Part shown: positions 38,401 to 53,000 of the stretch, one piece after another
How the letters are laid out: each line of letters opens with the position of its first letter
How positions within the stretch are numbered: position 1 is the stretch's first letter
DNA from: Cyanophora paradoxa CCMP329
Taxonomy: Eukaryota; Plantae; Glaucophyta
Assembly: GCA_004431415.1 (NCBI GenBank)
Contig: QPMI01000514.1
Location: 1-64,000 of the forward strand
DNA: 64,000 bases
Direction of reading: 5' to 3'
Program-made: the position numbers and the translations under genes
The notes under the pieces: model-generated
What the model saw: only the letters and a program-made list of their open reading frames with translations
The model's database searches: none
Told to the model about the DNA's origin: nothing

Positions 38401-41400
38401 GACGCTGACGGCCGGCGCGCCGGCGCCTGCGCCCTCGCCCGCCTCCTCCGCCTCGCCGGCCGCGCCGACGCGCTCCATGTACGCCTCGTGGGCCTCCTCG
38501 GAGAAGGGCCCCGCGGGGCACGCGTCGCCCTCCTGGAGGTACTCCGGGTCGCACTCGGCAGCGTCCGCGAACATCGACGGGTGCACCTGCCGAATTTCGA
38601 CCGGGAATGGTCACGTTCAACGGAACTCAGATTTCAAGATTTCGAGGGCGCACGCCGCGGACGAGGAGCTCGGTCGTGCGGCGGCGCTCGACGGCGTCAG
38701 AGAAGAGGTCGCTGCGCGGAAGGCGTCACGGGGGGCGCGCCAGAACACGAGCCTACAACGAGAAGCCTTTACAAAAATATAGATTTATGCCGCAGTGTAA
38801 TTGAAGCGGCTGGTTTGTCCGCCGACGCGAGCGGTTGTCTACAGCTCTAGCTCGGCCCGGCGGGATTGATCGTTGCGGCGCGCGCACCGCCAGACGATGC
38901 GGAGGGAGGCGAAGGTGCCGGGCTCCAGGGTGCGCCCGCGCACGTCCGCCGTCCCCGGCGGGTAGTCGATCCCGGCGTCGAAGCCCGCGACCGCGTCCGC
39001 GTCCGAGTCCTCCAGCTCCAGCCCCACCGAGTCGGTCTCTGCCGAGCACGGCCGTGCAGGGTGAGAAAAACTGCAAATTCGAAGGTGAGAGACAGAAGTG
39101 CCTCGCCTTCACCAGTCTGCAGGGCGTGGCGCCCCGTCAACATGGGCGGTGCCGGGATCGGAGCCAGAGGCGCGATCGGCACAACGTAGTCTCCCGGCGA
39201 CGCGCTCTGCTCGCGCATCTTCAACTTAACATTGAAGCTCGACGCTGAATTCAACGCGCCACTGAAAGGGCGCACGCTGGGCATCTGAGCTTCGTCGAAG
39301 GCCGGCGGGTTGGGGAGGTGCCTGTAGAACGAGAGGCGGGGCAGGTCGCGGATGCCGGCGTCCCAGGAGATTGAGCCGGGCGACGCGATGTTGCACACCA
39401 CGAAGCTCAGCGCGGACGGCGCCACGTTCCCGTTCCGCTCTTCTCGCAGCCTACGGGCGATGGCCTGCAAAACAAACTGGAGAGTCAAAGAGATGCGAAT
39501 ATCGATACAGATTCAATGATGATGGCGGGTGTAATGACGCGCGAGCAAAGAGGATAGCCGCGCACGTCGACGCGAAACTCGACGAGCTGCTTGTTCACGG
39601 CCGGCAGGACGGGGCGCCGCGCCAGCGTTGACGCGGTTTCCGTGCCCAGTAGCAGACGAGATAAAGCAGCTGCGGAGACGAACTGCGGGGGGTAGACCAC
39701 GGCGAACATGCGGCCGTTGGTGGTGACGCGGTTGATCTGCAAACGTTTCGATTACAGCGCGTCCCCTGGCATCTGCGCAAGATACTATTCGCTCCGGGCG
39801 CAAACCACTTTGTCGAAGGCATCTTGGAAGCGAAGTGTCTGCAGACCCACCTGCATGTGCCAATCAGTTTGCATGCGCATCTAGATCTGCTTATGGCGTC
39901 CGTGCTAGCGCAATATATTTGGCGACTGCAAGCACAATGTTAATATTAAAGCGTCCAGCGATCGCGAACGCACCTCCTCGTTGACGCAGCGGCGCGCTGG
40001 CATCGTCACCTCGCACTTCACCACCTCGGGCTGGGCGGGATCGAACAGCGTCTTTACTGAGTACCCGGTCCGCACTATGGGCGATTGTGTCACGTATTGC
40101 GATAGGAATCAAGCAACTGTCAAGGTTAGCTATAGCACGCACTGTCGTCGAGAGCGATGAAGCCGTTTTCAGCCGGAGCCCGGTCGACGAGAACGTCGGG
40201 GCACTGGGCGAGCGAGTATAAGTACGTAGAGAAAACGCTTATCGAGTGTTCTGTAGAAGAACTGAATTGCACAGCACCAGGTTGTAGAGACGCCGGTCGA
40301 GGCGCTCGTTCTCCACCTGCCAGCACGCGGGGATGTCGTGGCGAAGGTTGAGGAAAGCCCGCCTGCGGAATGAGCGTCTCGCGACTCGGACTGCAGCTGG
40401 CGACGCGCGCGCGCCGGTCCAGGGGATCGACTGCGAACCAGAAGGCTTGCGGAGGGGATTGCTGCACGAAGGCCGCGCAGCCGTAGCGCCCCGCAGGAAG
40501 GCATCGGAGCGGAAATCGGGCCTGGCTGCGTCTCTCGTCAGATCGACTACCATGTCCCCTCCGCACTTCATTCTTTTATATATTGGGCACCCAGAAGCGG
40601 TCGTAATGCGGCGCGAGAACACCACCTGCTTCGGCATTAAATGTTTGAACATAGACTCTGGAAGCGGATTTCGAAAACAATGGAAACGATCGTGACCTCG
40701 TGAAAGACGGCGGGGTAATCGGGAAAGCTTTGGACGCTCCCGTTCTCAACGGCCCCGAGCAGCACCTCAAGCGGGGCTGCCGCAAAAGAGTCGGCGCGCG
40801 CTCGCGATCGCGTCCGCAGAAATGCAGAGTCCGAATCGGATCTCAAGAGACGCCTCACCCAACGAAATGAAGGACCTTGGGTTCATGAACACCTCCTCTG
40901 GCATACCCTCCCACGAGCAGACGGCGTAGTCGCCGTAGTCGGCCGTGAACCCGGCTTTCTCCTGCGCAAGCGGCGCTTTCAGCAAAGGCGCTCCAAGGCT
41001 CGAGCGCTCGAGCTCCGGTCGGCGCCGGCGCCGCGCCTTGTACTCGGCCTCGTCGCAGTCGAGCTGGTCCTGGCGGTCGCAGCTCTGCAGCCTCGCCGTC
41101 ACCTTGGCGGCCCCCTTGGCGATGGCGGCGCAGGGCGGCTTCGTCGTCGAGGCCGCTTCCGCGTCGCCGGCGGCGATCGCGCGTCGGACGGTCTGCGCGT
41201 ACTGCTCCGCCTCCGCCGCGAGCGACGGCGGGCCAGCGACTGCCGGCGGCGCCCGCGGTCAGCGCCCATAAAAGACACCAACGAACGCAATATTCTGCAG
41301 GCGCGTGCTGGCCGAAGAACCAGTCGCACATTTGAAGGGAACGGAGACGACGGGCCCGGCGTTCGAGGGGCTGTTGTGGCGGAGAAGGAAGTCGGCGTGC

Positions 41401-43074
41401 TGCGCCGCCGCGAAGGCCTCGAGGTCGGGGTGCGGTCCGTGGATCTTCGGGTTGAACGATACGGCGAACTGCCCGAACCGAGAAATCAAAAAGTTGGAGT
41501 TTAGCACGCTTAGTTCTAGAGCTTCGCGGTTTTGTGATTGTTATTAAACGACAGCCCCAGCACCTGGAAGACGACGTCCTGGTTCAGCCATTGCGCGCGG
41601 TGCGAGGCGTACACGGCACCGCTCTGCGGCACCCGCGCCTCCGACGCGTTCCGCAGCACGCTAGCCGTCCCGTCGACTGCGGTGATCGCGTCGCCGAGGG
41701 CTGCTCCAAAGGACTGCGCGACTCAACATCGGCTCCAGCCGCAGGCGACCTTGCCACTGACTGAAAGCAGGCACCGGAGGACTGGAGGCGGCGGGGCGGA
41801 CGAAGGCGACGAGGAAGGGGCAGGCGGGATGGGACGTGGTTGACCAGCGGGCCTGCCCGCGAGCCTCAGCCGAGCGCGCGCTCTCGCGAAGAGGCGTCCC
41901 GGGATGGCATCGATCGCGACCTCGACGGGGGTGGCGGTGTGGAAGACGAAGGAGCCGCGCTCGACGGACCCCGTGACCAGCTCCACGCGCCGGATGCGGC
42001 TCTCGCACACCTGGAGCGCAGAGGCGCGCGCGCGTTTTTCAAGGGAAGCGCGTCATGGCAGGGGGAATGCCTGAGACGCACCTGCCGAGCATCGTTGGGG
42101 CATCCGTCCAGGCTGCGCGCGGCGCCCGCGGGCTCGCGAGGCGGCCCTTCGGGTCCAAGGCCTGCCTCTCGAATTGTTACAGATCCGTATCAAACACCCA
42201 GACAACCTGGCGAGCGAGGCGCACCTGGGGGCATCCTTATCCGAATCAACTCCACTGGCCGCGGCACGACGTCGATGTTTTCGCCGCGAAAGACAGTCGC
42301 CCCCGCCGCGTCGACGAGGTCCAACCGCAGGACGCCCGCCGGCCAGCTGACGGAGACAATGAGGATTCGCCGGCGTTCAGCCAAAATTCGAAGCGTCGGC
42401 GCCAGAGCGCATGCGCACCAGCCAACAAATTTGGGGTCGATTCGGTAGAGGTTGAGGCCCTCAAATTCCTCGCGAGGCAGCGACGATCTGCACGCGTCGC
42501 CGCCGTGAACTTCTCGTGCAGCCGCAAGCTCAAGGATTCCCGGGAACGCTCACAGCTGGTAGGCCGCGTATTGAAGGTCCAGCTCGTAGCACTCGCGCCC
42601 GACTTCCGAACACCGCTGCGGGGAGCCAATGCTTTAACGAAACAGTCACCAGTAGAATTCTAGAGAACGATGGGAAGAGCGAGGACAAACGAGGGCGAGG
42701 CGGTGGGCGCCGATCTGGTCCTCGCTGAGACCCTCCGGGGGGGCCACGCGGACGAAGAACGTGTCGCCAAAGCTGCGCCCCACGTGCACGATTCCAGCCG
42801 CGCCACAAAACCCGCGGCAGCGATTCCAAAGGGCGCACGCGTTGACAGGTTCGGAGGCCCTGTGTAAGTAACGCCTGACTTGAGGCTCGGGCTGACGCAG
42901 GGCAGGCCGCTGCGGCAAGGCCCGAACGTAGAACTGAACGGCCATGAGCTTGTATCGAGAAGGGCGCAAGCTATAGCGGCGATCGGCGGGAAATCAAGGA
43001 GCGCGCCTCGAGCGGAGGAGGCGTCGGGGCGTAGGGCGGGGCCGGGAGGGCGATCGCGTCCTCCTGGAGGAACC
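32451..43074 (-). CDS. Host multi-exon coding region (Cys-containing extracellular-like domains, terminal hydrophobic helices); probably the 3' extension of the S8 gene
   Basis: Alternating GC3-rich minus-strand exons and ~45-60-nt introns. The last exon encodes CVLSFIAIGLLCTTLPAAALV and WPWIAIVAGLQMAVAAAFAG. It could be more than one gene. Confidence 0.55.
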
Positions 43075-46000
43075 CGCCAGTGACGACGAGCGAGTAGAGC
43101 AGGGGGCCCTCGCTCGGCGGCGAGTTGATCGCCGCCACCTGCACGGCGGTCCGCGATCGTCGCGTTAGCGTTACGAAGCTTAAGCGAATTCGAAATTCGG
43201 AAGCGGAGGATGAGAGTATTTTCTCACCGTCACGTTGATGGTGACGACGGAGTCCTGCTGCAGCGCTGCCGCCGGGATGACAATTTGTTCATCGTTGTTC
43301 AGGCGGTCCGCCGACTGCGGGCGACATCGAAGGTTGGGAATGAGTGGGAATCTCGAGCTCACGGGCGCGGAACTACTACTGAGCTCGAGACGCACGGAGA
43401 GTCCGTTGGGGAAGTAAATCATGCCGCTGGGATCGACTGCAGACAGGTCGACATCGCTGACCTGCATGAGATTCAACGAGCCGCAGTCGAAGAACAATCT
43501 CAGCGTCTTAACGCACCGGCGCAATCGCAGCCCCCGCAAACGCAGGATAGTCCGCTGCAAATTATGATATCGACCCAACGTTAACGGGGTTTTTGAAGCA
43601 TTGCGCAAGGCTGACCGTAACAAAGCGTGATGCGAAGATCCTCGGCCGGGTTAGACACTCGGATGGTATACTGTGCACGATTCGAATTAAAGAATTTATC
43701 AGAAAAAAAAACAGCGAGTACAAGTAGAAGTGAAGACTGTTTCAGAGGGCACCTGGAACGTGCGGCCGACGTCTGCGTTCGTGACGTTGCCCTCGAAGTA
43801 ACTCATGTTGCGGGCGGAGTCCGGAAAGACGAGCGCCCGCGTGAGTGCTGGCTTGCCGAAGCCACTCTCAAAATTGGGCTGAGAGCTGCAAAACACAAAA
43901 TGGTGTTATTACAATTACATGACCGAAAGCGAAGGGAGTTTTTTGAGGATTCGGAACCACAGCTTCGCGGCGCGACAGGTGACTCGAGCGCACCTGTTCA
44001 CTCGCTGAGGGGGACCCGGGCGCTGGCGGACGAATCCAGTGAGGGGCCGCGCCGAGTTCTGTCGCAGGGGGAGCGAGGCACCCCACGTCAATATTAATGA
44101 GTGCTTCAACTTGCCACCAGAAGCGAGCACCAGCATGACTGCCCGAACGAGGGACCCCGAAGGGCTGAAAGGGCTGCCGGAGCTCTTGAAGCCCCCGGGA
44201 TACCATCCCTGGGAGAGATAATCAAGACGACGTTGATGCCGAGGACAATATCGATGTTTGCCCATGAAAACGAGGTGAATCGGAACCGCACAGACCTCTC
44301 GGAAGTACTGGCGGACGAGGGCGGCGGCGCCTCCGACTGCGTGCGCCGCGCCGTGAGACGTCGGATCGGTGCCACGGTACCCGGTGCGGGGCGCAATCGG
44401 CGTGGGCGCGCAATCGGATCGGCGCGCGCACTCGTGGCGGCCGCGGCGCTCGTGCCCTCGAAGGTGGCCAGCCCGGGCCTGGCGCCCCCGAGGATGCCGG
44501 GGTCGTACTTGGGGCCCGCTGCGCATGCGAGCGCGCCGAACCCGACGCGTTAGCATCCGAATGGAACTTAGCGTCCCGCAAGTCTCAAATGCGGAAACAA
44601 GTGAAGAGATGAGGCCGAGGCGCACAGAACCCGCACTGGAAGCTATTGAGGTCCCCGTCGGCGAAGGCCGCCGCCAGCTGCGACCCGATTCTGGCGGTGC
44701 ACCCCTCCAGCTTCAGAGCGCGCGGGCGGCGCGCAGCGCGGCCCGTCAAGGGGGGGCACCCGGCGATGTTGGGGCGGATGCGGCCGTCGGAGGTGGGGCC
44801 GGGGGCGGAGAAGCCCCACAGGTCGTTCTCGTCGGAGGCCCCGTACCAGCGCGCGAAGTAGGGGTCCGACCCCTGCCGCCGCACCGCTCGTGATCGGGGG
44901 ATCGGAGCTTTTCGAGAGGCTCGAGGCCTAGGGCAGGCGATGACGGCACTGACCACGACGACGGACGCCATGCTCTCCGCGCAGCATCCGGCCGTCCCCG
45001 GGCAGGGGATCGCGGGGTCCCCTGCGCGACGCTTCAGCCTCGAGCCCAAAGCGGCCGCCAAGAATCCGCGCACCGAGGGGGAGGCCGTTGGCCTCGCAGG
45101 TGGCGCGGTTGACGGGTCCCGAGAGCCAGTCGCTCGGCGCGTTCGTGAAGGGGAGCGAGGTGGCGAGGTCGCGTGCCGACGCCATTGACGCAGCCACCGA
45201 GAGCCTGCCGCCGCGGCCGTCAGCGCTCCAGATCGAGGGCGCTGGCGTAAGAGGGGATCCAAGATGCGGCTCGCGCGTACACATTCTTGGCCTGCGAATG
45301 CGCGCAATCAGAAATTGCATTCAGATTGATTCGAAATCTGGCTGAAATTAATTGTATAAAATGTAGATTAGAGAGCTCACGGTGCCTGGAGAGCTGACGC
45401 GGTCGCGGGCGTTTCCCGCGGCGACGACGGGCAGGTACTCCTTGTTCTGCCAGGCGAAGCGGTCGAGCTCGCTCGCCCGCGCGTCGTAGGCCGACCCCGT
45501 GGCGCCCACCCACTTCGAGCGTCCCAATTGCAAGGTCATGATCAGACACGTTCCGCGGGAGCAGTGATCATAAACATGAGCTTCCAGCCGTAGAATCAAA
45601 TGAAGCAGCTCACCGCGTGGACCTGGACGCGCATGCCGGCCTCGTAGGCCGGCTGAAGGCTCTCCCGGAGTTTCTCGGGGAAAAGTTGCTGCGGAGAGGA
45701 GTAAGTGCGTGACAGCGGACGGTGGCGACTCGCGGATCGCCGGCGGGCGCACCCTCCCGAGGACCTGACGGCCCTGCCTTCCCCGCACGAGGGCGAGCGA
45801 GCCGTCGAAGTAGATCTTCGCGTTTCTCGCCACGCCGCAGTGCTTCGCCTGCGACGTCGACGGAAGCGAGCGGTCAACGCGAGCGCCTCGGAACCGTACA
45901 GAAAGCTGAAGGCGATCGCGAGCGGGCCGGGGCGCACCATGAGCTCCTTCTGAGGGGCCGCGCTGGCGGCCGAAGGACAGCCTGAGCCCGAGAGCGATCA

Positions 46001-48772
46001 GAAGCGCGCGCGCGCTGCCAGATGCGGAAATAATGGGATTCGGAAACCGACCGGCGACGAGCCCCGCAACCGCCGTTCCGTGACGGGTGTGGCGGGGATC
46101 CGAAATCTGCGCACGTCCGCCGTGGACGCATTCAAGAGCCGCGATCCGATCGCGATGATCGAGAGCGCGAAATTAAAGTGGGCCGAGCTGACCGCTGCGG
46201 TGCCGCCAACAAAGAAGTTCCGCCGCACGAGCTTGCGCCGGGACCCGTCCGTGCTGCGTGCATTCAGAGCTGAACACTCGCACTGCTAGGCACTGCTAGG
46301 TGGACTGCGGGCACTTTTCGAGCGTTGCAAAAAGCCCCGGGGTCTGCGGGTTCCAATCGTCGTCCGCAAAGAAGCAGTGATCGACTGCGCTCTCGAGCTA
46401 AGAGACCCGAGCGGCACTGCGGCAGACGCGAGGCGCAGGGCGGGGGCGGCGGGCGCGGGCAGGGCGCGCGCACACTCCATGCTGGCGTCCAGGACTCCCA
46501 CGACCTCGCCGGTGCCGTCCAGGCCTGCACGAGCCGTGAGGCCGGCGAGACAGGGCGAGCGCCCGGCGCACCGCGGTCGTAGAGGGGCGACGACGAGTCG
46601 TTCCCGGACTGCGCGCCCACGCGGCGCGGTTAGAACACATTCGAAAGGCGGCGGGCGGGGACGGCGGGGGCGGCGGGCCGGGCCCGGGGCGGCGGCGGGG
46701 TGGGGGGGTGGGGTGGGGGGGGGGTGGGGGGGAGGGTGGGGGCGGGGGGAGGGGGAGGGGGGGAGATAGGGTGGGAGGGCGGTGGTGGGGTGGGGGGCTG
46801 TCGCCTGGAGGAGGCGGGAGGCGAAGTAGCCGGCGAGCTCGAGCTCGGCGTCTCGCTCCACGTGTGCCACGCACGCCTGCGCGCCCCGTCGCCGCGACCC
46901 GCGATCAGCTGCAGCGAGCGGCTTCGCATCTAGGGGTGGGCCCGGACTGGAGCTGCAGGGTCTATAGCTAGATCTCCAGGAGGGGTCTCGGGGGCGGGAC
47001 GGGTTCGAGGGCGGGGCGGGGGCGAGGCTGGGGGGGGGAGGGTGGGGGGTGGGGGGTTGGAGAAGGGGGATGGGGCGAGCGTGGGCGGGGAGGGAAGAGG
47101 GGGGGGGCGCGGGACGGGGGCCGGGGGGGGGGGGGGGGGGCGCGCGGGGGCGCGGAAGGAAGGGCGGGGAGGGGGGGGGGGGGGGGGGAGGGGCGCGCCT
47201 GGTCGGCGAGAGCGTCAGCGAGCTCGACGGCGTCGACCGCCTCCGGGTCGAACGCCACGTGCAGCGACCCGTCCGAGTCCCGCCCCGCCTGCCCCGCGCG
47301 CCCCCGGCCCCCGTCAGGAGCCGAGGCGCGAGACGCGAGGCGCGCGGCGAGCCTGGACCGAGACGGAGGCGAGGCCGAGGGCTTCGATGGAGCGCCGCGC
47401 CGCGTCTGCGCCCGGCGCGTCGATTTGGATGTCAAGGCGCAGGCGGGGGCGGATCGGACCGGCGGAGGCGCCCGGGGCCAGGGAGACTGTGAAAGCCGGC
47501 GCGAGGGCGCCCGGATCCCCGCCCGCGCCGCCCGCATCCACCTGCGCCCCCGGCCGCAAGGGTACAGGTCAGGCCCGGGATTCTCTGGGGCGGGCGGCGG
47601 TGGGGTGCGGCACCTTGTGGGAGGGGTGCATCGCGTCGATCCAGAGCACATGAGGGCACGACCTGCGGCGAGCGGGGCACAAGGTCGGCGAAGGGACGAG
47701 GGGAAGAAGAGGGGGCGGGGTTGGGTGGGGGGGGGGGGAGGGGGGAGAAGGGGAAGGGGAGGGGGGGGGAAGGGGGATAAAGCAGGGCCGGGGCCGAAAG
47801 ATTGGGTGAGTGTAGACAACCAGGCCAGGGCCCGGGGGAGCTAGGTTCGGAGCTGATCCAGGCCAGGGGTACGCACGCAGCGCGCTCGGCAGCCCGGGGG
47901 GTAAGTGACACAAGGAACGTGTGGTGGGGAAGGTACTGCGATTCAGAGAGAGGCTCAGTCAAGGGGCGGGTACAGAGGGCGAGCGTCTCAAGATCGGTGG
48001 CACCTGGGAGAGGGGTACGCCCAGGCACGCTTCCGCCTCGCGCCACCGCTGCCCGTCGAGGGGCCCGCCAAAGTGCACCTGAGCGTCGAAGATAAGAGAT
48101 CGGCAGAGGAGGGACGAGCCAGTGAGGGGCGAGCCGGGGCGCACGTAGTACGCGCTGGGCGCCCCGGCCCCAGCCCCGACCCCGGCTCCGGCCCCGAAGC
48201 GGGCAAGCTTCTGAGAGCGGTGGTGTCCGAGCGCGGGGACCGACGCGGTGTCGAGCGTGTGGCCCCGGAGGAAGATCTGCGGGAGCGGGTGCGGGGCGGG
48301 CGAGCGGGCGGCGAGGGTTCAGACACTGGCGCTTGAGCTCGAGCTCGCATCCCCGATCGGAGGCGCTAGGACGAATTCGAAGCTCGCCTTGCGGGGGTGG
48401 AGCGACGGGTCGGCGGCGGAGTGGCGCGGGAGGTCGTGCGCTGCCGCGCCGTGTCCGTACGGCGCGTGCCGCGAGCGCCGCTGCGGCCCCGCAGGGGCGT
48501 CGACGCAGTCAGCGGCCCGGGCGCATGCGCGAGGCCGGGCGGGGCGCAGTCAGCGCGAGCGCGCGGACCTCCGTGGCCTTGCCATGCACCCGGCCGCCGG
48601 CGCCGCGCTCGCTGGCGCCGCGGCTCGCCTCCGCGAGGCAGCTGCCGGCGGCGACCAGCAGCAGCAGCGCGAAGCCCGAGACGTACAACTGCAGGGCACC
48701 GACGCCGGCGGCCCTGGGAGCCCGTTCACGCCGTGGGCGGGTTGCGCCGCTGCAGATGCGGATGGCGGCCAT
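43075..48772 (-). CDS. Host multi-exon subtilisin-like S8 serine protease (Kp43/TagA-like): prodomain, catalytic domain and C-terminal beta-domain
   Basis: Hydrophobic signal near ATG 48772. QYLPHHTFLV. GLDGTGEVVGVLD (Asp), HGTAVAG (His, ~46080), VVAAGN, FSAPGPTSDGRIRP, FEGTS (Ser, ~44455), GAAALVRQYFREGWYP, GFGKP, DRLNNDEQ. Short GT-AG introns. Exon boundaries approximate. Confidence 0.88.
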
Positions 48773-50015
48773 CGCTGAACAGCTGCAGAAGCCCGACCCG
48801 CCGCGCTGTGTCGCCGCAGGCGTGTATACGACGCACGCACGCGCGTGTCGCCGCGGGCGTGTATACGTGGGCCCGGAGATCTAGAGGCGATGGCAGCGAC
48901 TCGGCGAGCGCGGGCCGAACGTTAACTTGAACCCGCGGCCGCTCCGGCTTCGACCGAGCTCGAGCTACGTATACGGTGTACCTGCTGCAGCCTGCAGCCT
49001 GCACTTGCAATTGCACTGCGGCAGACTCTGAGATGCCGGAATTGATCGGTCGATCAGCGCCGGTCACCAAGCTGACATGTACACCGTGGCACCATGGCCA
49101 GCTGATGATAACGGCTCCGGGGGGTACAAGATGTAGATCTGGATCATGATTGAGAACTCGAAAAAGCTTAAGCGCTAGCGTCGCAGCCGTCGCTCCGAGT
49201 CCGGACTCCGGACTCCGGATCCGCAAACTTGAAACTTGAAGGCCCGCTGAAACTTGCCAAGTTGAAAGCTGGGGTCCTGGCTGCACAGCAGCTGCAGGCT
49301 GCAGCGCAGGCTGGCTGCATGCGCAGCTGCTGCACAGCCTGCGCTGTTGCCGGGCGGCATGCATTTGGCTGCGCAAGCAACGTTAACTCGGCAAGCGCTC
49401 GGCACCACGGCCGGCGCCGCGTTTCGAAATTATTCCGGCTGCAGCGCGGGGACCGGAGGGCTTGGAGGGCTTCGGAAACGTGGCGAAGTGCTGGCCCTGT
49501 GCCGCCGGAAGATCCGCCGGGGACTCCTGCTGCCGAGCTCGAGCTCGGTGCGCTGCCGGCCGCCGCCGCCGGGGACTCCATCGATCGATATATCTTTCGA
49601 AATTCAGCGCGGGAAGGTGGAGGGGCTTCGGAATCGTCAACGTGCACGTGGCAGAGTACTTGAGCGGTTTTTGGACGCCTGCTTTTGTCATTCGGGGCCC
49701 ACATACCGAAGAGACATCCGAAAATCTGCGCTCGCTAAGGCACAGGTCTACACGTACAGCGCTATCTACGGGGGCGGGAAGACGGACACGAAATGCGAGG
49801 GGCCCGCAGGGCGTCAAAGAGGATACGTAGCGCTAGCTAACGGCCCGCCGACTCCGGGGGCGCGCACGCCGGCCTCCGCATAATTAGGCTCGAAACGCGA
49901 GCGGAGGGAGCGGCCGGGGCGCGAGGAGCGCGGAGGGCCTCGGTTGCCTATCTATCTGAAGGGCACGGAAAGGATCCGGATCCGAGCCGGAGCCGGAGCC
50001 GGAGCCGGCCGGGGC

Positions 50016-53000
50016 TCAGCAGCGGCCGTTGTTGAACTCGAAGTTGACGGGGAGGCCCGGCTCGCCGGCCGCCGCCGCGCGGGACGCCACGAAGCCGACC
50101 TGGGGCGAGGCCGACCCCGATCAAATTGCGCTAGAGCAAAGAGCTGATAGATTAAGCGAGGCGCACGGTCTCGACCTCGCCGGCCTTCATGACGCCGTTG
50201 TGGGCCGTGTTCTTCGCGGCCACCCGCTTGCCGCTGTGCGCAGTCAGCAAGATGCTCTAGAAATTTAAATGACGGGAGGAGGGGCGCGCCTCTGCGTGAC
50301 ACCAGAGACGCCCCACATCTGTTGCAAAAAGAGGCCCGCGGGTCAGCGAGACAGATCCAATTTTAGTCTTCAATTTTAGTCTTGTAACACAGAGATAGAA
50401 GGCTCTAGCTGTAAAGTTTGACTGACCTGCTCGACCTTGGCGCCTGCCGGCATGTCGAACTCGAGCGTCCACGAGGAGACGGCCGTGCCGGCCCGCACCT
50501 TGATCTCGCCCTGCGGCGCAGTGCCAGCAGTTAGAGAAGGGACATTGCAGGGAGAGCGGGGGGGCGGGTCGGAGTTGGAGGGGACCTGGAAGCCCTCGGG
50601 CCAGGAGCGGACGAGGCGGTAGGTCACGTCGCAGGAGCCGGAGACTGCGAAGGAAAGCCGATGGGTGAGCGGCCGCATTCAAGGCGGAGAAATTAAAAGA
50701 GGCAGGGGCGCACCGGGCTTGGCGGCGGCCGGCGCGGGCGCCGGCGCCGGGGCGGCGACGGGTGCGGGGCTGTCGAGGCTCGTCAGGCGGCGATGTGGGG
50801 GCGATCGAAGGCGCGGGGGCGGGGGCGGGGCGCACGCCGGAGCGTCGGCCACGTCGGCTGCGGCGGCGGCACCACTGCCGCTCAGGGCAGCCACGTTCGT
50901 CGCCGGGAACTTGGCGAGCTGTAGCGGACACCCCCGATTTAACACATTCGAAGCGGCAGAGGAGGAAAGAGAAGAGAGGAAACTCGACGCGCTAGTGCGA
51001 GCTTGCCGGAGTGCGGGGTCGACCAGTCGTCCATGAGGAGGCCGCCGGTGTCGCCGCTGTTCGGGTTCAGGCTGTGCGCACGCCATCAGCCGCGGATCCA
51101 GAACCCAGTTCGAGACTAGATATAAATTTCAGTTCTCACCACCAGAAGAAGCCGGGGGAGACGCCGGCCTTGAGAAGCCAGGACACAAAGGCGTCCATCC
51201 ACGTCTGCGGGTACGCATACCCCGAGCCCGGGATCCCGGATCAAATTTCAACGACTCGGCAAACGATAGCGAAACTAGACTTTGGAAGAGGGCCGACCTG
51301 CTCGGCGCCGCCGGTGTAGTGGGAGCCCCACTCGCCGATGATGACCGCCTTCCCCGTCTGCTTCGCGATGGAGCCGATGGTCCTGCGCGCGCGGCGTGCC
51401 AGCTCGTGATCGGCGGCGTGGCGCGGAAGTGCGGGAGATGGTGCGCACGCGTCCCAGATCGCGGGCATGTTGGTGGGGAAGGAGGAATCAGAGAAGTAGG
51501 TCTGCGTGAGGGCCGCGGTCAACTCTGTTTCGATCAACGTTGCGCGCTGAGCGGGGGCATTGCACCTGCATGAAGACGCCGGGGCCGTAGACGTGCGGCG
51601 AGTAGACGAGGCGCTTGGGGTTGGAGAGCGCGACTGGGTGCTTGGCCGCGGCCGCGAGGTTGCCGCCCCACCAGCCCGTCTTGCCGTCGACCCTCTCCAC
51701 GCCTGCGGCAGAAGCGAGCCAGCAGACGCGATCAGGCACAAAAATCAAATTTCGATCTCGGCGGCAAACCCTCGACGAAGATGAGCCAGCGAGGGCAGAC
51801 AGAGAGGACAGCGTTGCCGATGCGCGCCGCGGCGGCGTCCCAGTCGGTGGCGTCGTTGCCGGTGCCCCAGGTTGCGGCGCCTGCATAAAGAAGCGTTAGC
51901 GGGCGGGAATTAGAAGGAAGAGACGACAATGGCAGTTCAAAAGCCGAGACGTGCCGTGCGGCTCTGCGCAAAAAAAGGAATCGCGAGCCATGAGAGCGCG
52001 AAATAATGAGCGAACATTGCGACGGACCGTTCTTGATATCAGCCGCGAACACGTTCCTGCAAGACGGGAATAAAATAAAGAAGCCCGGAACGCGCAAAAC
52101 AGGAGTCGGCACCAGTTATCGCAGTAGCGAGCAGCCATCTTCTTCCATGCCGCAATCACCTTGTCCTCGGTCATAGATCCATGGTACCTGAGCCAAGCGA
52201 ACGCGAAGATCGTGCGCACGTACATTTTGCACGCTTCAGCTGCAGCGAGAATCCGAAAGGACGCACCAGAGCTCGGTGATGCCGTCGCTCGCGGTCGGGC
52301 GGTGCATGTCGAGCATGACGAGGACGTTCTTCTTGGCGAGCTTGGCGACGACGACGTCCAGAACCTCCAGCGAGGACTTGCCGACAAGGTCGGGGTTCGA
52401 AGCGCCATCGACGCCGGTCGGAGTCCTGCAGAAAACTTCAGAACTCCCGCGTGCGCGCGCGCGCGCCGAAGACGATGCCAAATGCAGCGCATGCGCACGC
52501 GTCATTTAGTCCGAGATCGCCAGCGAATGGCACGCGGACGGCGTTGAAACCGTTCTTGGCGATGAAATTGACGAAAAAGTCTCTGCGATACGCGCGCGCG
52601 CGATTCGAATTTCAAAGCGGCGCAGAAGAGCGCGAAAAAAATTGCAGCGCACGCAGATTTCGACCACAGCCCGTGGAAGACGTTGTTCGCTGTCTCGAAT
52701 CCGAACCTACGCGCGAATACTGTTGGAAAGGAGCCGAGTGAGGTCTATTTCGCGGAAAGCCCAGGCGCGCACCAGTTCCTGCGAAAAAGCGCGGGAAAAC
52801 TTAATTCAAGGACAAGACGAGAAATCAGTGCGCGGGTAGGGCGCGCACAGTGCCTGCGTGGAAGAAGGCGAAGCGGCATCGCGGAAAGGTCGATTCCAGC
52901 GTCAGAAGTGAGACGACGCGCAGGGAGCGAGTTTCGATTATTCGGCGCTCGCACGCCCGTTTGAATTTTGGGGCGCCTAGCTACGCGCTTGAGCATGCGT

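Noticed and set aside
46690-47780. Long G-runs as a specific regulatory or G-quadruplex system
   Set aside because: They fall in C-rich introns of the minus-strand protease gene, and similar tracts occur in other introns. Homopolymer lengths may also be unreliable.
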